Origin: Acidobacteriota bacterium
GTDB lineage: Bacteria > Acidobacteriota > UBA4820 > DSQY01
Direction of reading: 5' to 3'
Assembly: GCA_049967655.1 (NCBI GenBank)
Contig: JBMFSH010000036.1
Location: forward strand, 1-23,793
DNA length: 23,793 nt
Shown here: piece after piece, positions 1-8,000 of the stretch
Position numbering within the stretch: the first letter of the stretch is position 1
Layout: each line of letters starts with the position of its first letter
Translations under genes and position numbers: made by a program
The notes under the pieces: model-generated
Seen by the model: only the letters and a program-made list of their open reading frames with translations
What the model was told of the DNA's origin: nothing
Databases searched by the model: none

Positions 1-227
1 TTGCCCTCCAGGTGGGCGTCGGCGCGGGCGATTTCCTGTGCCTTGAGATAGGCCTGGAATGCATGGCTACCCTTGCCGAGGTCATGCCACCACCCGGCGA
101 GCTCGGCCCAGTCGCCGACACCGAACTGGTCGCCGAAGCCTCTGGCTCTTTCGGCCACGCCGCGCAGGTGGTCCGTGAGCTTGTGCCATTGACCTTCTTC
201 ATTGGGCGTATGGGCGTATAAGGGCAT
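1..227 (-). CDS. cas3: CRISPR-associated Cas3 N-terminal HD nuclease domain (Cas3''), partial; runs off the left edge
   Basis: Manual translation from ATG at 227: MPLYAHTPNEEGQWHKLTDHLRGVAERARGFGDQFGVGDWAELAGWWHDLGKGSHAFQAYLKAQEIARADAHLEG... It shows the YAH, L-x-DHL-xx-VA, HDLGK and FQxYL pattern of Cas3 HD domains. SD AGGAGGTG lies at 244-237. Absent from the ORF track because there is no stop in the window. Confidence 0.9.
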   Translation of the reverse strand, partial: MPLYAHTPNEEGQWHKLTDHLRGVAERARGFGDQFGVGDWAELAGWWHDLGKGSHAFQAYLKAQEIARADAHLEG

Positions 228-536
228 GGCGTCTTGCACCTCCTGCATGGCGAGGTTCGTTGTCATTGTAGCCTCGCCGGGGCGGAAAGTATAGTCAGCG
301 GCACGCGGACTTGGCGCAGACAGGCTTCGTGCGTGCCCGCTCTAGGAACCGACCCCAATGTGGCGCCGCGGAGTGCACGTGATGTTCACTTCGGATGGGG
401 AGGGCGAGAGCCGTCGCAAACGGCCGGAAAGAAGAGGGGCTGAGGATTTGGGGTTGCAGATTGCAGGTTAAAGAGTTTGTGGGGGGAGCGCCTTCGAGGT
501 TGGCCAGCCGCTGCGGGTGAGGGGAGGCTTCGAATC

Positions 537-560
537 GGCGGGCGGGGGCGCCCGCCCCAC
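537..560 (-). repeat. GTGG-headed REP-like palindrome
   Basis: Minus strand reads GTGG GGCGGGCG CCCC CGCCCGCC: a GT(A/G)G tetranucleotide directly before a perfect 8-bp stem. Confidence 0.45.
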
Positions 561-674
561 GGGGGATGGGGGGCCGCCTCGGTTGGTTCGCGGCCTCCGC
601 CGCGTCTCGCCCCTTTCTCCTCCTCCCTTCCCTTCGGGGGCCCTCTGCACTACCCTGAGCCGGTGGAGGCTGAG

Positions 675-2129
675 ATGGGCTACAAGGACCTGCGGGACTT
701 CGTGGCGGCGCTGGAGCGGGAGGGGGAGCTGCTGCGGATCCGGGAGGAGGTGGACCCCCGCCTGGAGATCACGGAGATCCTGGACCGGGCGGTGAAGGAG
801 GGCGGGCCGGCGGTGCTCTTCGAGCGGGTGAAGGGCCGCTCCATCCCGGTGCTCGGCAACGTCCTGGGCACGCACCGCCGGATGCTGAAGGCGCTGGGCA
901 TCGCGCGCTACGAGGAGGTGGACGAGCGCATCGCCGCCTTCTTCGACATCAAGCAGCCGCAGGGGCTCCTGGACAAGCTGAGGATGCTGCCCCAGCTCGC
1001 GGAGCTGGCCTCCTTCCTCCCCAAGACCGTGAAGTCGGGCCCGTGCAAGGAGGTGGTCCTGAGGAAGGGCCAGTTCTCCCTGCGGGAGCTGCCCGTCTGC
1101 ACCTGCTGGCCGCAGGACGGCGGCCCCTTCATCACCCTGCCCATGGTCTTCACGAAGGACCGCGCGTCGGGCAAGCGCAACTGCGGCATGTACCGCATGC
1201 AGGTCTTCGACGAGACCACCACGGGGATGCACTGGCAGCTCCACAAGCACGGGGCCAAGCACGCCCGGCAGGCGCTGGCGGCGGGGGAGAAGATCGAGGT
1301 GGCGGTGGCCATCGGCTCCGACCCGGCCACCTACTTCTCGGCGGCCATGCCCCTGCCGGACGACATCGACGAGATGATCCTGGCGGGCTTCATCCGCAGG
1401 GAGCCGGTGGAGATGGTGGCCTGCGAGACGGTGGGGCTGGAGGTGCCGGCCAACGCGGAGATCGTGCTGGAGGGCTGGGTGGACCCGGCGGAGCTTCGGC
1501 GCGAGGGGCCCTTCGGCGACCACACGGGCTACTACTCGCTGGCCGACGACTACCCCGTCTTCCACGTGGAGTGCGTGACGCGGCGGAGGGAGCCGCTCTA
1601 CGTCCACACCATTGTGGGGCCGCCCCCCATGGAGGACGCCTTCATGGGTTACGCCATCGAGCGCGTGACGCTGCCCATCCTGAAGCGCCAGCTCCCCGAG
1701 GTGACGGACCTGCACATGCCGCCCGAGGGGGTCTTCCACAACCTCGTCCTGGTCTCCATCGAGAAGGCCTACCCGGGCCACGCGCGCAAGATCATGCACG
1801 CCCTGTGGGGCCTGGGCCAGGCCATGTTCTCGAAGGTCATCATCGTGGTGGACTCGGATGTCAACGTGCAGGACGCGAGCGAGGTGACCTGGCGGGTGCT
1901 CGCGAACATCGACCCGGCGCGGGACCTGGAGCTGGCGCGCGGCCCGGCGGACGCCCTGGAGCACGCCTCGCAGTTCTTCGCCTACGGCGGGAAGCTCGGC
2001 ATCGACGCCACCCGAAAGTGGCCCGGCGAGGGCTTCACCCGCGAGTGGCCCGACGTCATCGCCATGGAGGCGGCCGTCAAGGCCAAAATGGGCGCCCTGT
2101 GGGAGAAGAGCAGGAAGGGGAAGGGCTGA
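675..2129 (+). CDS. ubiD: UbiD-family prFMN-dependent decarboxylase, most like the menaquinone-biosynthesis (MqnL/SCO4490-type) subfamily
   Basis: Start MGYKDLRDFVAALE at 675 with GGAGG at 665-669. Motifs RNCGMYRMQ, MHWQLHKHGA, AEIVLEG, EGPFGDHTGYY and KLGIDAT. Confidence 0.92.
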   Translation: MGYKDLRDFVAALEREGELLRIREEVDPRLEITEILDRAVKEGGPAVLFERVKGRSIPVLGNVLGTHRRMLKALGIARYEEVDERIAAFFDIKQPQGLLDKLRMLPQLAELASFLPKTVKSGPCKEVVLRKGQFSLRELPVCTCWPQDGGPFITLPMVFTKDRASGKRNCGMYRMQVFDETTTGMHWQLHKHGAKHARQALAAGEKIEVAVAIGSDPATYFSAAMPLPDDIDEMILAGFIRREPVEMVACETVGLEVPANAEIVLEGWVDPAELRREGPFGDHTGYYSLADDYPVFHVECVTRRREPLYVHTIVGPPPMEDAFMGYAIERVTLPILKRQLPEVTDLHMPPEGVFHNLVLVSIEKAYPGHARKIMHALWGLGQAMFSKVIIVVDSDVNVQDASEVTWRVLANIDPARDLELARGPADALEHASQFFAYGGKLGIDATRKWPGEGFTREWPDVIAMEAAVKAKMGALWEKSRKGKG

Positions 2130-2230
2130 GGCGCTCGGGACTTCGCGATGACGGATGAGGGAGGAGGAAGGAAGGCATTTCGAGGGCTCACCGCCTCCAC
2201 CCTCCACCGCGTTTAGCCTCTCGCGCCCAG

Positions 2231-2309
2231 CCTAATCGCTCAATCGCTTCATCGCATCTCGCCTCTTCCCAATCCCCCTTGGTGCCTTGGTGTCTTGGTG
2301 GTGAATCCT
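2231..2309. repeat. Composite short-tandem-repeat element downstream of msrB
   Basis: cctaatcg-ctcaatcg-cttcatcg-catctcgcct (2231-2264), then cttggtgc-cttggtgt-cttggtgg-tgaatcct (2278-2309). Confidence 0.85.
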
Positions 2310-2898
2310 ATTTCTTCTCGCTGTTTCCCTGTTTCACTGATGCGCTGTCTCCATCTCCACCCTCCGGCACGAACTTCAGCGCGGCGGAGTTGATGCAGTA
2401 GCGCAGTCCCGTGGGGGGCGGCCCGTCCTCGAAGACGTGGCCGAGGTGGGCTCCGCAGCGGGCGCAGAGGATCTCGTCGCGCACCATGAGGAAGGAGCGG
2501 TCCACCTGGCTCTCCACGGCGCCGGGCGAGATGGGCTTGAAGAAGCTCGGCCAGCCGCAGAGAGAATCGAACTTGGCGTCGCTGCGGAAGAGGGGGGCCC
2601 CGCAGCAGACGCAGCAGTAGGTCCCGGCCTCGTGGCTGTTCCAATAGGCGCCCGAGAAGGGGCGCTCGGTCCCCTTCTCCCGGGTCACTTCGTACTGGAG
2701 CGGCGTGAGCTGCCGCTTCCACTCCTCGTCGCTCTTTTGAATCGGAAAGGTCATGGGACGCGCCTCCAGGGCTGCGCGGATGGCCGCGGGCGAAGGGCGC
2801 TCATCCACGGCGAGGCCCAGGTGCTGCAAGGCGGACCACGCGCCCCAGGTCGCCGCCGCCGCCAGAAGCCCCGACACCAGCCACCGCCCTCGGTTCAT
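2308..2898 (-). CDS. msrB: Peptide-methionine (R)-S-oxide reductase MsrB with N-terminal signal/membrane segment
   Basis: Motifs [27 protein letters not shown] and GLRYCINS, plus two Zn-binding CxxC (CVCC, CARC). Hydrophobic N-terminus. SD GAGGAG precedes ATG 2898; an alternative ATG at 2754 has GGAGG. Confidence 0.96.
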   Translation of the reverse strand: MNRGRWLVSGLLAAAATWGAWSALQHLGLAVDERPSPAAIRAALEARPMTFPIQKSDEEWKRQLTPLQYEVTREKGTERPFSGAYWNSHEAGTYCCVCCGAPLFRSDAKFDSLCGWPSFFKPISPGAVESQVDRSFLMVRDEILCARCGAHLGHVFEDGPPPTGLRYCINSAALKFVPEGGDGDSASVKQGNSEKK

Positions 2899-2916
2899 CG
2901 TCGCTCCTCAGGATCA

Positions 2917-2945
2917 GGGAACACCGGCGCGGGGCGTTCGATTGC
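2917..2945 (-). promoter_or_regulatory. Putative ECF-sigma-type promoter of msrB, shared with msrA
   Basis: GCAATCGAACGCCCCGCGCCGGTGTTCCC, similar to CGAATAAAGCGCCGGCTCCGGCGTTCCC upstream of msrA. Confidence 0.45.
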
Positions 2946-2965
2946 CTCCGGGGGGGGAAAATCGT

Positions 2966-2989
2966 GATGAGGAGATGAGGGGATGAGGG
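2966..2989. repeat. 3 x 8-bp tandem repeat GATGAGGR
   Basis: gatgagga-gatgaggg-gatgaggg; the same unit recurs at 12093-12108 and 18311-18318. Confidence 0.8.
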
Positions 2990-3028
2990 GAAAAAAGACG
3001 GCCCGGTTCCCCGGCCCTTCGCCTCTCG

Positions 3029-3124
3029 CTCAATCGCTTCATCGCTCAATTGCTCAATAGCTTAATCGCTCAATTGCTCAATAGCTTAATCGCTTAATTT
3101 CTCAATCACTCAATCGCTTCATCG
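3029..3124. repeat. 12 x 8-bp AT-rich tandem array (consensus CTYAATCG) with a 24-bp higher-order duplication
   Basis: ctcaatcg cttcatcg ctcaattg ctcaatag cttaatcg ctcaattg ctcaatag cttaatcg cttaattt ctcaatca ctcaatcg cttcatcg. Confidence 0.95.
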
Positions 3125-3158
3125 CGTCTCGCCTGTCCGCGCCCAGCAGCGCTCCCAC

Positions 3159-3192
3159 CTCCGTGCTCTCCGTGCGCTCCGTGGTGAGTCCT
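3159..3192. repeat. 3 x 9-bp tandem repeat CTCCGTGnn ending in GGTGAGTCCT
   Basis: ctccgtgct-ctccgtgcg-ctccgtggt-gagtcct; an inverted copy of the unit occurs at 10576-10602. Confidence 0.85.
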
Positions 3193-3211
3193 TGCCTCTC
3201 CCCATGTCCAA

Positions 3212-5035
3212 TCAAAACGCATAGCCGATAAAGAAATAGAGCTGGAAGCCGGAGGGGTCGCGAGGGTCGTTCCTCAGCTTCCAGGCGAAGTCGGCGCCGA
3301 TGGGTCCCACGGGGGTCTTGTATCGGAGGCCGAAGCCCGTGCCGGAGTAGAGGGTGGCCCCCCTGAAGTCGAGGGGCTTCTTGAGGGCGTTGCCCGCGTC
3401 GAGGAAGAGGAGCCCGGTCAGCTCGCCCGGCAGGGGGAAGCGCAGCTCCGCCGAGGCCAGGGCCAGGCCGCTGCCGCCCAGGAGCGCGCCGTCCTTGGCG
3501 AGGGGGCCGAGGCTGTCGTACTTGTAGCCCCGGAGGCTGTTGGCTCCGCCCGCGTAGAAGCGCCGCGTGATGGGGATCTGGGAGGGCTTCTGACCGGAGA
3601 GGATGGCCCCCAGCTCCATGCGCAGGGCCAGCACCCAGCGGTGGCTCAGCGGGAGGTAGGAGTGGACGGCCAGGTCGGTCTTGGTGAAGTCGTCGCCGGT
3701 GGTGAGCACGTGGGTCGGTTCGACGGAGAGCGTGGCGAGGAGCCCCCGGCTGGGGCTGATGGGGTTGTCCGTGCTCCGGTAGGTGACCGACGCGGCCACG
3801 GAGCCCATGGTGGCCACCTCCCGCGCCCCGGCGGAGAGCGCCTGATCGAGCGCCAGGTCAGGGGTCACCTGAAGGATCCGCTCGCCCACCAGGTAGAGCG
3901 CGCCGGTCCAGCGCTCCGAGAAGGTGTGGTCGAGCCCCGCCCTGGCCTTGAGGGAGCGGTAGTTGAAGGAGTCCTCCACCCGCCGGCCGTAGGCCAGGTC
4001 GGCGTTGAACCAGTTGTCGGAGGTCCAGAAGTAGGGCCTGCGGAACCAGAGGGAGCCCTCGGTGACGAGGCTGGAGGCCCGGAAGGCCGTCCCCACGTCC
4101 ACCACGCGGTGGTCCACGCGGAGAGTCTCCCAGCTCAGGGAGCCCCGGGGCCCCTCCTCCGTGCCGTAGCCCACGCTGCCCTGGATGCGCCGGTGCCGCC
4201 CCTCCTTGACCCGGACCACCACGGGGACCATGCCGGGCGGCCCGCCCCTCTTCTTGAGGTGGATGTTCACGAGGTCGAAGAGCCCGAGGCGGTAGAGGTT
4301 CTCGATGCTCTTTTCCACCTTGCGCTGATCGAAGGGCTGTCCCGTGCGGAAGGCGAGGGCCCGCTTGAGGATGAGCGGCTCCGTGTGGATGACCCCCTCC
4401 AGGGTGATGGGGCCGAAGCGCATGGCCTCGCCGGGCTTGACGGTGTAGCTGACGGCAACCTTGTGGGCGGCCACGTCCGCCACGGCCTCGGGCGAGACCT
4501 GGGCGAAGGGGAAGCCCCTGTCCTGCCACGCGCGCTCCAGCATCTGCGCGGCATCGCCGTAGCTCTGCGCCGAGAAAACGTCGCCCGGCTGCACGGGCAA
4601 TTTTCGCTGCAAGACCGAGAGGGGGACGGGCTCGGGCGCCCCCGCCGGCTCCAGCCGGAGATCCACCGTTGACACGCGCCCCGGAGGCCCTTCCTGAATG
4701 AGGATCAGGGCCTTCCCTCCGCCCTCCGCCTTGAGCTCGGCGCGGGCCTCGAAGTAGCCGGCGCGCTGGTAGAAGAGGAGCAGCTCCTGGATCCGCGACT
4801 CCAGCTCCGCGCGGCTGGTGGTGGCGTGTCCCTTGAAGAGGCGCAGGCGGGAGGGCCGCGAGAGGCCCGTCACGTCGTAGAGCTTCTTGTCCGGAAAGGC
4901 GTGGTTGCCCTGGAAGCGGACCTCCCGGAAGGCCTCGGGCGCCGGAGCCGCCGGAGCCGCAAGGCAGGCCGTCCAGAGCAGGGCCCCCAACAGGGCTCCC
5001 AGCAGAGCCGCGCCCAGGCGCCGCCGTCCGCGCAT
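3212..5035 (-). CDS. tamA: Omp85-family outer-membrane protein (TamA/BamA-like): POTRA domains plus beta-barrel
   Basis: Signal peptide; POTRA motifs (YQRAGYFEA, LYRLGLF); RFYAGGANSLRGY; GFGLRYKTPVGPI; C-terminal beta-signal FIGYAF. ATG at 5035 overlaps the tamB stop (TGATG). Confidence 0.88.
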   Translation of the reverse strand: MRGRRRLGAALLGALLGALLWTACLAAPAAPAPEAFREVRFQGNHAFPDKKLYDVTGLSRPSRLRLFKGHATTSRAELESRIQELLLFYQRAGYFEARAELKAEGGGKALILIQEGPPGRVSTVDLRLEPAGAPEPVPLSVLQRKLPVQPGDVFSAQSYGDAAQMLERAWQDRGFPFAQVSPEAVADVAAHKVAVSYTVKPGEAMRFGPITLEGVIHTEPLILKRALAFRTGQPFDQRKVEKSIENLYRLGLFDLVNIHLKKRGGPPGMVPVVVRVKEGRHRRIQGSVGYGTEEGPRGSLSWETLRVDHRVVDVGTAFRASSLVTEGSLWFRRPYFWTSDNWFNADLAYGRRVEDSFNYRSLKARAGLDHTFSERWTGALYLVGERILQVTPDLALDQALSAGAREVATMGSVAASVTYRSTDNPISPSRGLLATLSVEPTHVLTTGDDFTKTDLAVHSYLPLSHRWVLALRMELGAILSGQKPSQIPITRRFYAGGANSLRGYKYDSLGPLAKDGALLGGSGLALASAELRFPLPGELTGLLFLDAGNALKKPLDFRGATLYSGTGFGLRYKTPVGPIGADFAWKLRNDPRDPSGFQLYFFIGYAF

Positions 5036-8000
5036 CAGTACCGCTGCTCCCACAGCACGTCCCCGCCCGACTCGCCGTTGGTGCTCACCTGGGACTGGAG
5101 GCTCAGGTGACGGTTCACGCGGTAGCGCAGGTTGATTCTCTCTTCCGGCAGGGTGCCGAAGATCTGCTGGTATTCCAGCACGGTGCGGTCTCCCAGGTAC
5201 TTGGAGAAGCCCACTTCGGTGCCCTGGCCGGTGGATGAGGCGCCCACCGTGAGGGTGTCCAGGCCCAGTTTGCCCCGAAGGGCCTCCAGCAGGGGCGCGG
5301 CCTGGTACTGGACGGCCATGCCCGCGGCCGCGTTAGACCAGGAGGAGCGCTCTCCGGCGTTCAGGTCGCCGAGGGGACGGCCGAAGAGGAGCGTGGCCAG
5401 GATGTCGGCCTTCTCCATGGGCGGATCGGAGGTGAGGGTGAGGTTGGGATGGGAGGGGCTCCCGGTGATGTGGACCGTGATGTCCGTGCTGCCGGCCTTG
5501 TAGAGCGCCGTGATGTCGAGGTAGGGCACGAGGCTCGTCGTGCCGTCGAAGTTGAGGCTCGATTCCTGGATCGTGAACTTCTTTCCCTCGAAGAGGTACC
5601 TCCCCTGCTGGAGGTTCAGGCGGCCTCCCACGGCCGGGCCCTTGTCCGTCAGGCGAACGGTGATCTGGCCCGTGACCTCGGCCAGAAGGTTCCGGTTGCT
5701 CGCCCAGAGGCCGCCCTGGCTGGAGAGGACCACCTGGCCGCGGAGCCGCCCCACCATGGGCGCTTCCTGGCCCTGCTCCTCCTGCCCCAGCGCAAAGCCC
5801 TTAGGAACGTTCACGAAGCGGACGGTGGACGGCAGGGGCTGCTGCTGGGCGAGGTCGGGGAGCTCGATCTTTCCCTTGAGGATCTGGGCCTGGCCGCTGA
5901 TGACGGGCTTCTCGATGGAGCCCGAGAGCCCGGCGCGGACATCGGCGAGGCCGTCGATCTGCCGCCCCACGACGAAGGGGAAGGCCTTCGCCGCCACGCT
6001 GAAGTCGAAGGAGGCGGGCAGGAATCCCCTGAACTGGAGGTAGCCCGTGGCCTCGGCCCGTCCCCCCTCGGGCGTGGTGGCCGTGCCCCGGGTGAGGACG
6101 AGGCGGTCGCCCTTGGCCTTCATGGCCAGCGTGATGGGGGCGATGGTGAGGTCGCTCTCGGGGTAGGTGTAGCTTCCCTCGGTGAGCTCCGCCGTGCCGC
6201 TGATCTGGGGAGCGTCGAGACGCCCCGACCAGCTCAGGTCGGCGGCCAGGAAGCCCTCCATGGAGCCGGCCGTCCTGGGCAGGGGCAGGAGGGCCAGGGG
6301 CAGGTGGACCGCTGAGACGCGTCCCTGCATGGGGGCGGCGGCGAAGCCGCTCCGCAGGTCCAGGCGGCCCTCCGCCTCCAGCCGGCTCTTCTGCTTGACC
6401 AGCACCAGGCCCGACCACGCCAGGCTTTCGCGCGTCCACTCTACGCGCGCCTCCCCCTCCTGGGCGAAGCGCTTGCCGGCGATCTCGAACAGGATGTCCG
6501 ACACGCGGAGGTCCATGCGGGGCGGGAGGAGGGCCCCGCTCACCCGGAACGACAGGTTCTTCTTGCCCGGCAGGAGGGCCTTCCAGCTCACCTCCGCCCG
6601 GGCGGGGAGGCCCCGCAGGACCACGGAGCCGTCGCCGAGGTCCGTCTCCGAGGCCCGCAGGCCGGCGTAGGAGAGCGTCAGGTCCGAGGCAGCCCCGGTG
6701 CCGCCCCAACGCCCGGAAACCTCCAGGCGGGCCGTCTTCACGGTGCCGTAGCCGCCCCCCTCGACCGAGGCCGTCCCCTCCACCGACGGATCCTTCCACG
6801 GACCCGCCAGGCGCACGTCGGCCTTCAGGTCGCCCGCCAGCCCTTCAACGCCGAAGAGGCGGCCGAGCCGGGCGGCATCCCTCACCTCGCCCTTCACCTC
6901 GGCCCGGAGCCGACCGTCGGAGGAGAGCGTGCCGCCGATCCTGGCGGTTCCCAGGTCGCAGGTCAGAGTCGCCGGCTCCAGGGTCGTGCCCGAGGGGCTC
7001 AGGTGGAGCCGCATCGCCAGCGGCGAAAAGGCGACGCCGTCCCACTGGCCCGATCCCAGGTCCAGCTCCAGGAGGCCCTCCCGCGCCGAGGGGCCCCGGA
7101 AGGCCGCCCGGCCGACCAGCCGCCCGGCCGGTCCCAGCCCCCAGAGGGAGGGATCGAACGAGGTGACCGCCGCCGACCAGACCACGGGGCGGCCCGAGCC
7201 CAGCGGGCCGGCCGCCACGCTCCACTCTCCGCCCTTGGGGTCCGTGACCTTGGCCGAGAGGGTGAAGCCCTGGGCCGCCTCCTGACCCAGGGAGAGGGCC
7301 TTCACCCGCCACGGCCCCTGAGGCGGATGGAGCCCGGCCGGAAGGGCCGGCATGAGGCTCAGGCTCGTCAGCACGCCCTGAAGGTCCACGCCCTCGCCCG
7401 CGAGCTCCGCCCGCCACCGGCGGGGATGGAGGCCCCAGGAGAGGCTGCCCTTGAAGCTGCCGGCCATGGCCGCCTCGCCCTCGGCCGACAGCGAACCCTC
7501 GCCGGCCGAGCCCTCGGCCTTGACGCGCGCGCCGCGGAGCGAGAGGCCCCAGATCCGGGAGGCGCCGAGCTCCCCGTCGGCCTTCCACCGGAGGGAGCCT
7601 CGGCCCCCATCCACGGACCAGTTCGCCGTGCCCGCCACCTGCGCCTCCCGTCCCGCGGGCGTCTTCCAGAAGGGGTTCAGGGAGGCGCCCTCGGTGGCCG
7701 CCGTGCCCTGAAGGTGGACGCGGCCCGAGGCCATCTCGCCGCTGCCTTCGGAGCTGACGGGCCCCAGCCCCTTGGCGTCCAGCCGCGCCTTCCATCGGAG
7801 CGCTCCGCCCCTTCCCTCCACCCGAGCGCTCCCGGTGACCGACAGGTCCGGGGCCGCGGCCCACCCCACGGCCGCCTCGCGCAGCGCGAGGGGAGCGAAG
7901 GAGAGGTCGGCGGAGAAGCTCCCGTCCGCCTTCAGGCTGACCAGGCCTTTCACGCGGGAGAGGGCGGAGGAGACCTCCCCGTCGAAGCGTCCTCCCCCTC

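Noticed and set aside
12..443. Two 69-aa plus-strand ORFs (12-221, 234-443)
   Set aside because: The first is antisense to cas3. The second spans the cas3 upstream region and has no SD or recognisable features.
477..674. N-terminal extension of the UbiD ORF
   Set aside because: It is low-complexity intergenic sequence; the family-typical start and SD are at 675.
468..2207. 579-aa minus-strand ORF and similar long shadows (3641-4672, 10705-12186, 12304-13524, 15286-16866, 19606-20958, 21313-23784)
   Set aside because: They are antisense to well-supported genes, as expected from high-GC codon bias, and carry no recognisable motifs.
3029..3124. Possible CRISPR array, given the nearby cas3
   Set aside because: These are contiguous 8-bp units with no unique spacers; no 25-40 bp repeat-spacer pattern was seen anywhere in the window.
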